NCBI RefSeq assembly: GCF_963921235.1
Contig: NC_086097.1
Span: 98,582,001-98,646,000, forward strand
Reading direction: 5' to 3'
DNA: 64,000 nt
Origin: Mobula hypostoma
Taxonomy: Eukaryota
The notes beneath the pieces are model-generated. The model had not been told where the DNA came from. It did no database searches and was given only the letters and a program-made list of their open reading frames with translations. Positions within the stretch are counted from its first letter, which is position 1. The number at the start of each line of letters is the position of its first letter. Positions 60,401-64,000 of the stretch are shown here, in pieces. The position numbers were made by a program, and so were the translations under genes.

Positions 60401-63055
60401 CTGGTGGTTGTAATTGGTGTAGGGTTAGTGTCAGGAGGTTACTGGTGGTAATTGGTGTAGGTTAGTGTCAGTAGGTGACTGGTTGTAATTGGTGTAGGGT
60501 TAGTGTCAGGAAGTGACTGGTTGTAATTGGTGTAGGGTTAGTGTCAGGAGGTGACTGGTTGTAATTGGTGTAGGGTTAGTGTCAGGAGATGACTGGTGGT
60601 AATTCGTGTAGGGTTAGTGTCGGGGGTGAGTGGTGGTTGTAATTGGTGTAGGGTTAGTGTCAGGAGGTGACTGGTGGTTGTAATTGGTGTAGGGTTAGTG
60701 TCAGGAGGTGACTGGTGGTTGTAATTGGTGTAGGGTTAGTGTCAGGAGGTGACTGGTTGTAATTGGTGTAGGGTTAGTGTCAGTAGGTGACTGGTTGTAA
60801 TTGGTGTAGGGTTAGTGTCAGGAGGTGACTGGTTGTAATTGGTGTCGGGTTAGTGTCAGGAGGTGACTGGTGGTTGTAATTGGTGTAGGGTTAGTGTCAG
60901 GAGGTGACTGGTTGTAATTGGTGTAGGGTTAGTGTCAGGAGGTGACTGGTTGTAATTGGTGTAGGGTTAGTGTCAGGAGGTGACTGGTGGTTGTAATTGG
61001 TGTAGGGTTAGTGTCAGGAGGTGACTGGTGGTAATTGGTGTAGGGTTAGTGTCAGTAGGTGACTGGTTGTAATTGGTGTAGGGTTAGTGTCAGGAGGTGA
61101 CTGGTTGTAATTGGTGTAGGGTTAGTGTCAGGAGGTGACTGGTGGTTGTAATTGGTGTAGGGTTAGTGTCAGGAGGTGACTGGTGGTTGTAATTGGTGTA
61201 GGGTTAGTGTCAGTAGGTGACTGGTTGTAATTGGTGTAGGGTTAGTGTCAGTAGGTGACTGGTGGTTGTAATTGGTGTAGGGTTAGTGTCAGGAGGTGAC
61301 TGGTTGTAATTGGTGTAGGGTTAGTGTCAGGAGGTGACTGGTGGTTGTAATTGGTGTAGGGTTAGTGTCAGTAGGTGACTGGTTGTAATTGGTGTAGGGT
61401 TAGTGTCAGGAGGTGACTGGTTGTAATTGGTGTCGGGTTAGTGTCAGGAGGTGACTGGTGGTTGTAATTGGTGTAGGGTTAGTGTCAGGAGGTGACTGGT
61501 GGTTGTAATTGGTGTAGGGTTAGTGTCAGGAGGTGACTGGTGGTTGTAATTGGTGTAGGGTTAGTGTCAGGAGGTGACTGGTGGTTGTAATTGGGGTAGG
61601 GTTAGTGTCAGGAGGTGACTGGTGGTTGTAATTGGTGTAGGGTTAGTGTCAGTAGGTGACTGGTGGTAATTCGTGTAGGGTTAGTGTCGGGGTGAGTGGT
61701 GGTTGTAACTGGTGTAGGGTTAGTGTCAGGAGGTGACTGGTGGTAATTCGTGTAGGGTTAGTGTCGGGAAGTGACTGGTTGTAATTGGTGTAGGGTTAGT
61801 GTCAGGAGGAGACTGGTTGTAATTGGTGTAGGGTTAGTGTCAGGAAGTGACCGGTTGTAATTGGTGTCGGGTTAGTGTCAGGAGGAGACTGGTTGTAATT
61901 GGTATAGGGTTAGTGTCAGGAGGAGACTGGTTGTAATTGGTATAGGGTTAGTGTCAGGAGATGACTGGTGGTAATTGGTGTAGGGTTTGTGTCAGGGGTT
62001 CGTGGTGGTTGTAATTGGTGTAGGGTTGGTGTCAGGAGGTGACTGGTTGTAATTGGTGTCGGGTTTGTATCAGTAGGTGACTGGTTGTAATAGAAACATA
62101 GAAAATAGGTGCAGGAGTAGGCCATTCGGCATTTCGAGCCTGCACCGCCATTCAGTATGATCATGGCTGATCATCCAACTCAGAACCCTGCACCAGCCTT
62201 CCCTCCATACCCCCTGATCCCTTTAGCCACAAGGGCCATATCTAACTCCCTCTTAAATATAGCCAATGAACTGGCCTCAACCGTTTCCCGTGGCAGAGAA
62301 TTCCACAGATTTACCACTCTCTGTGTGAAGAAGTTTTTCCTAATCTCCGTCCTAAATTGTTTCCCCTTTATCCTCAAACTGTGACTCCTCGTTCTGGACT
62401 TCCCCAACATCGGGAACAATCTTCCTGCATCTAGCCTTTCCAATCCTTTTAGGATTTTATACGTTTCAATAAGATCCCCCCTCAATCTTCTAAATTCCAA
62501 TGAATGTAAGCCTAGTCGATCCAGTCTTTCATCATATGAAAGTCCTGCCATCCCAGGAATCAATCTGGTGAACCTTCTTTGTACTCCCTCTATGGCAAGG
62601 ATGTCTTTCCTCAGATTAGGGGACCAAAACTGCACACAATACTCCAGGTGTGGTCTCACCAAGGCCTTGTACACCTGCAGTAGTACCTCCCTGCTCCTGT
62701 TCTCGAATCCTCTTGCTATGAATGCCAGCATACCGTTCGCCTTTTTCACTGCCTGCTGTACCTGCATGCCCACTTTCAATGACTGGTGTAGGGTTAGAGT
62801 CAGGGGGTGACTGGTGGTTGTAATTGGTGTAGGGTTAGCGTCAGGAGGTGACTGGTGGTTGTAATTGGTGTAGGGTTAGTGTCAGGAGGTGACTGGTGGT
62901 AATTGGTGTAGGTTAGTGTCAGGAGGTGACTGATGGTAATTGGTGTAGGGTTAGTGTCAGGAGGTGACTGGTGGTTGTAATTGGAGTAGGGTTAGTGTCA
63001 GGGGGTGACTGGTGGTAATTGGTGTAGGGTTAGTGTCGGGGGTGACTGGTGGTTG
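36430..63055. repeat. 26.6-kb satellite array, unit 38 or 41 bp: TTGTAATTGGTGTAGGGTTAGTGTCAG(G/T)AGGTGACTGG(TGG); roughly 650 units by length
   Basis: Directly visible; for example GGGTTAG recurs at 36601 and 36639. Interrupted only by the CR1 at 62091-62790. Units are more divergent at 61650-62090. Confidence 0.99.
62091..62790 (-). mobile_element. Young 5'-truncated CR1 LINE inserted in the satellite
   Basis: Uninterrupted 199-aa ORF2 C-terminus (62180-62779; LVRPHLEYCVQFWSP, RRLRGDLIETYKIL, NFFTQRVVNLWNSLP), intact 3' UTR and a TTTCTATG-type tail. Confidence 0.96.
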
Positions 63056-63797
63056 CATGGACTGCCAGATCTCTATGAACCCACTTCTGTGTTTATGTCC
63101 ATTGACACACTGACTTGGTGTTGTGAGGCTACTCCAGTGTTGTTTTCTATTACACTCTGTTTCCTTGGACCAATTTTTTGTTGAAATATGGACGTCAGCC
63201 AGCTATTTTCCTTCAGCATCCATCAGCTTACAACTCCAATGTAAGACCTGGATGAGGCATTGCTCTCTTTCCATGGTGGATGCACAAGTTATTTTGAATT
63301 GTTGTCCCTGTGTCCTTCACTCTGCAGACTTTACAAGAGTCCTTTATTGAACCATATAACAATTACAGCACAGAAACAGGCCATCTCAGCCCTTCTAGTC
63401 TGTGCTGAACTCTTACTATCTATCCCTACTTGTGAATTATTACAGAAAGAGAACTAGAAAAATTAGAATATCGTAAAAAGTTGTCTGCATTTAATATTTT
63501 CAAGCACATGATCATCACAGCAGTATGAGAAAGCATGTGACTGCTAACGAACTTTGGTTGCCAGTTTGGCCTACAGCTGTAGGTTGGTGAGAATGCACAA
63601 GTCTTGTATTGCTATTGCTTCCACACGTGAACACAGAGAAAGCAGAACCCTCTGCAGTCAATGGCAGTCTGACCTTGACTCTGGAGGGCCACCCGTTTGA
63701 GTTTGGAGGGCGTTGTCCTGTGACGGTGAGCTGTGTGTGGCTGGAGGCAGGACCTCCACACAGGGAGGAAACCCAGCTGCTGGTAAGGGAAATGGAT

Positions 63798-63999
63798 GGC
63801 CTCGATCACAAACTGGTGCGGGTCCTCGCTGTGCAGCAGTGACGAGTCACAGCGAGTAGTCTGGGTTGTAGCCCAGATGGCCACTGCAGGCCATGATCTG
63901 TGCTGGCTCAGCCTGGTCCAGGTACAGTGGGCTGCCTGCCGTGGCTGTGTACATTGGTGGCACCCTGCCCCCCCCCCCCATCCATCCATGGAACTGTAC
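63798..63999 (-). pseudogene. CHAC1: Disrupted CHAC1-like (glutathione-specific gamma-glutamylcyclotransferase) terminal exon, continuing beyond the right edge of the window
   Basis: Frame from 63999 reads VQFHGWMGGGGRVPPMYTATAGSPLYLDQAEPAQIMACSGHLGYNPDYSL*L, then after a frameshift EDPHQFVIEA. Aligns to recalled human CHAC1 VTFY...AYVATPQNPGYLGPAPEEAIATQILACRGFSGHNLEYLLRL...QDEHLAAI. Position convergent with INO80 matches human synteny. Confidence 0.75.
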
Positions 64000-64000
64000 C

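Noticed and set aside
36430..63055. 38-41 bp periodic array as a CRISPR locus
   Set aside because: No unique spacers, head-to-tail near-identical units, no cas genes, vertebrate context.
36430..63055. True telomere or interstitial (TTAGGG)n tract
   Set aside because: No tandem TTAGGG hexamers; only one TAGGGTTAG per unit, and unique sequence resumes on both sides.
63609..63989. ORF-track peptides 63609-63842 (+) and 63612-63989 (-) as intact genes
   Set aside because: The + ORF is an antisense shadow. The - ORF is out of frame with the CHAC1-like similarity except for the EDPHQFVIEA segment after the frameshift.

Overview
Vertebrate nuclear DNA, probably from a cartilaginous fish such as a ray or skate (inferred from the CR1, V-SINE, Penelope and Rex1 repeat types, not proven). 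The first 9 kb hold the last four coding exons of INO80 on the + strand (567-740, 1983-2136, 5611-5823, 8598-8818), with canonical GT-AG sites and consistent phases, followed by the 3' UTR. From about 11 to 27 kb the sequence is a patchwork of mostly dead transposons: CR1 LINEs (one near-full-length copy with esterase ORF1 and APE/RT ORF2), Rex1/Babar-like LINEs, V-SINEs, Penelope-like palindromic remnants and a solo LTR; a Tc1 derivative lies in the last INO80 intron. Two large tandem arrays dominate the rest: a 5.8 kb CA-rich minisatellite (27.5-33.3 kb) and a 26.6 kb 38/41-bp satellite (36.4-63.1 kb). The satellite appears to have expanded inside a single SINE copy, carries TAGGGTTAG in most units, and has a young CR1 inserted near its right edge. 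The last ~200 bp hold a disrupted CHAC1-like terminal exon on the - strand, convergent with INO80 as in the human CHAC1-INO80 arrangement; the ORF track missed it. I see no prokaryote-type system (CRISPR, operon) and no clearly new gene system. The most notable observations are the SINE-born satellite and the apparent CHAC1 pseudogene. All family and gene assignments are from recognition by eye, with no database search.
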